DNA of 25,939 nucleotides, from IMG/VR virus record IMGVR_UViG_3300042567_000440, positions 1-25,939 of that record; one strand, written 5' to 3'. Both the position numbers and the translations under genes were made by a program. Of the stretch, positions 24,125-25,939 are shown piece after piece. Position 1 is the stretch's first letter, and each line of letters opens with the position of its first letter. The notes beneath the pieces were generated by a model. The model searched no databases and was not told the origin of the DNA. It saw nothing but the letters and a program-made list of their open reading frames with translations. Source of the stretch: a virus. Taxonomy: Duplodnaviria > Caudoviricetes.

Positions 24125-24373
24125 CTACTTAGACTTCTTCTCGTTTGCCTTAGCAAAGGAATCATTGATTTCTTTTTCATCTAGCTTGCCGTCACCAAGG
24201 TAACCACGGGCTAGAGATTCAGATACAACTGCAACACCCATGATCGCTGCTAATGCAGCAGACTTCCATGTGTCAATACCAAGTAGTGCACCAGCACCAA
24301 GGGTACCCATTACAGATGCAATAACTACAGCCACCATGCGACCAGAGATATCCTTAACTTGCTTCTTACTCAT
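24125..24373 (-). CDS. Putative holin (82 aa)
   Basis: Two hydrophobic helices and a charged C-terminus (DGKLDEKEINDSF...KKSK) in the lysis region. Confidence 0.6.
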   Translation of the reverse strand: MSKKQVKDISGRMVAVVIASVMGTLGAGALLGIDTWKSAALAAIMGVAVVSESLARGYLGDGKLDEKEINDSFAKANEKKSK

Positions 24374-25939
24374 TTACATTTTCCTAACTGTTACTAGTAA
24401 TACGCCACCAAAGCCACTACTGTTTTTATCTGGGGAAGACTCGTTAATAAAACGAACTTCTTCAATTACACCTTGATACTGCTCACCAGTACGATAATCA
24501 ATTACATTAACAAACTTACCAGTCTCTTCAATAGATTCAAGACGCTGTATGTACTCCATTGCGCGACCATCGTAACCAAAAATAGAATTAAATCTATCCA
24601 TTTCATTGTCATAACAAGACAGTGGATACTGATACAAACGCTGACGACGTGTAGCTGGTGTAGATTTAATCTGATAAGCCTCTAGTACAGGCAAATCTTG
24701 ATCATCAGTAGCGTTATTAAACACAAACTTAAATGCCATAAACTCTTGCTTAGTAGCAGGTGTATTAATCATTATGTCTTTGTTACTTAAGCCTTCACTA
24801 ACAATTGCAATGGCAGATTCAAGACCAGACTTGTCAATAGTGTAAACAGTAATATTGTCACCTTGACCAGTAGTACACTGAAGATTAATGTACCTAAAGA
24901 ACTTAGGCTCAACAGTTCCATATCTAATCTTGCCAGTCTTAAGCCAACCACTACTACGTTTTCTAGTTGTGTGCTGTATCTGTAGTTCACCCTTAGTAGT
25001 TCCATCATCTTCCTGAACTACCATAACTAATCTATTGTCAACTAAATAAACTTCAGTTGCTTCAGAGTTATCAGCATCAACGCTAGAGTTATATTCTAAA
25101 TCGTAAGCATAAGCAAAAGTGCCATCACTAAATGATTGCGATAGATCAATACGAATTAAACAAGCATTTGTATAAGCACCTGAAGCTACCTTAGTAGCTG
25201 CATAAATGTATTTATCTTGAGTGGCAAAACCGTTGACTGCGTAATCAGAATCAACTAATAGTGGTCCAAGTGTTACTAGTCCAGTAGGACCTACCTGACA
25301 TATGCGTACACCTCTGTTAGTGGCAACTGCTAAGTAACCTAAGTAGTATTCAATTGCAACAATGTTCTCACCATCAGGCATAGTTGCTACAACAAAACCA
25401 CCTGGCATGTCAGGCAAGTTAGTAGTCTCATCAAAACCTATTGCATAAATTTCAGACTTGTTACCAGCATTGCCAGCAGCATAAACATAAGTTGGACCAG
25501 CTGTTACATCTTTCCAATTCCAGTCAGCATTAATATGAACTTTAGATGTACTAGATGCAGCAGCCATATCATTGCTACCAGTATGATTACCATTACCAGT
25601 ATAAGCAGAGTTTAATAAGTAAAGAGTTTTGCCATCACCAAAAAATAACTGTCCTTTAATATATTTAATCATTCCTTGTGTACTAGAACCATGTCTAGCA
25701 AATACAACATCGCTATCTAAGTCATTAACAAGACCAGTATGAATACAAGTAGAACAAGCAGCGTAGTACCTAGTACCATTAGTTGCTACAGAAATAATTG
25801 GAAACGTAGTTGAATGTCCAACTAATGTAGTACCTGCACCAGCTTCACTATAAGTACCTGTAGTCGCAGAACTATCGCCATTTAAGGTAATACGCTTTAG
25901 TACTCCAAGGCTATCGCCAGATATAAGACAACTACTGGT
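24374..25939 (-). CDS. Tail protein, probably tail tubular/nozzle-like (5'-truncated by window)
   Basis: The frame stays open for 89 more codons upstream of the track's ATG 25672, up to the window edge. Beta-propeller-like repeats; C-terminal GWLKTGKIRYGTVEPKFF. Confidence 0.65.
   Translation of the reverse strand, partial: TSSCLISGDSLGVLKRITLNGDSSATTGTYSEAGAGTTLVGHSTTFPIISVATNGTRYYAACSTCIHTGLVNDLDSDVVFARHGSSTQGMIKYIKGQLFFGDGKTLYLLNSAYTGNGNHTGSNDMAAASSTSKVHINADWNWKDVTAGPTYVYAAGNAGNKSEIYAIGFDETTNLPDMPGGFVVATMPDGENIVAIEYYLGYLAVATNRGVRICQVGPTGLVTLGPLLVDSDYAVNGFATQDKYIYAATKVASGAYTNACLIRIDLSQSFSDGTFAYAYDLEYNSSVDADNSEATEVYLVDNRLVMVVQEDDGTTKGELQIQHTTRKRSSGWLKTGKIRYGTVEPKFFRYINLQCTTGQGDNITVYTIDKSGLESAIAIVSEGLSNKDIMINTPATKQEFMAFKFVFNNATDDQDLPVLEAYQIKSTPATRRQRLYQYPLSCYDNEMDRFNSIFGYDGRAMEYIQRLESIEETGKFVNVIDYRTGEQYQGVIEEVRFINESSPDKNSSGFGGVLLVTVRKM

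Noticed and set aside
1-25939. Genome-wide stop-codon reassignment
   Set aside because: Standard code 11 gives dense, full-length genes, and TAA, TAG and TGA all end well-defined ORFs.

Overview
A roughly 26-kb piece of a low-GC tailed dsDNA phage genome. The WhiB gene, a DUF4192-like gene and a mycobacteriophage-style replication gene set point to an actinobacterial host. The large internal-virion-like proteins and a nozzle-like tail protein suggest podovirus morphology. Layout: (i) a minus-strand late arm running left from a ~550-bp hairpin-rich divergent non-coding region: terminase, portal, two small genes and large putative ejection proteins, continuing off the left edge; (ii) a complete plus-strand early/replication arm at 11643-22121 encoding an SSB-like protein, DUF4192-like protein, DUF932, WhiB, a split Cas4/RecB-like nuclease, a DnaB-like helicase, a resolvase, a split primase, DUF1599, a metallophosphoesterase, a sigma-like factor and many Cys-rich microproteins; (iii) the end of a minus-strand late arm entering from the right edge with a tail protein, holin-like membrane proteins, a Pro-rich surface protein, an M23 peptidase and a secreted protein, converging on a large hairpin. 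No DNA polymerase, integrase, tRNA or CRISPR array was recognised. The most notable points are the fragmented or minimal replication and recombination proteins, several unannotated microORFs (one nested out of frame), long hairpins between the first early genes, and an unusual lysis-region cassette. All family calls come from reading motifs by eye; no searches were run.
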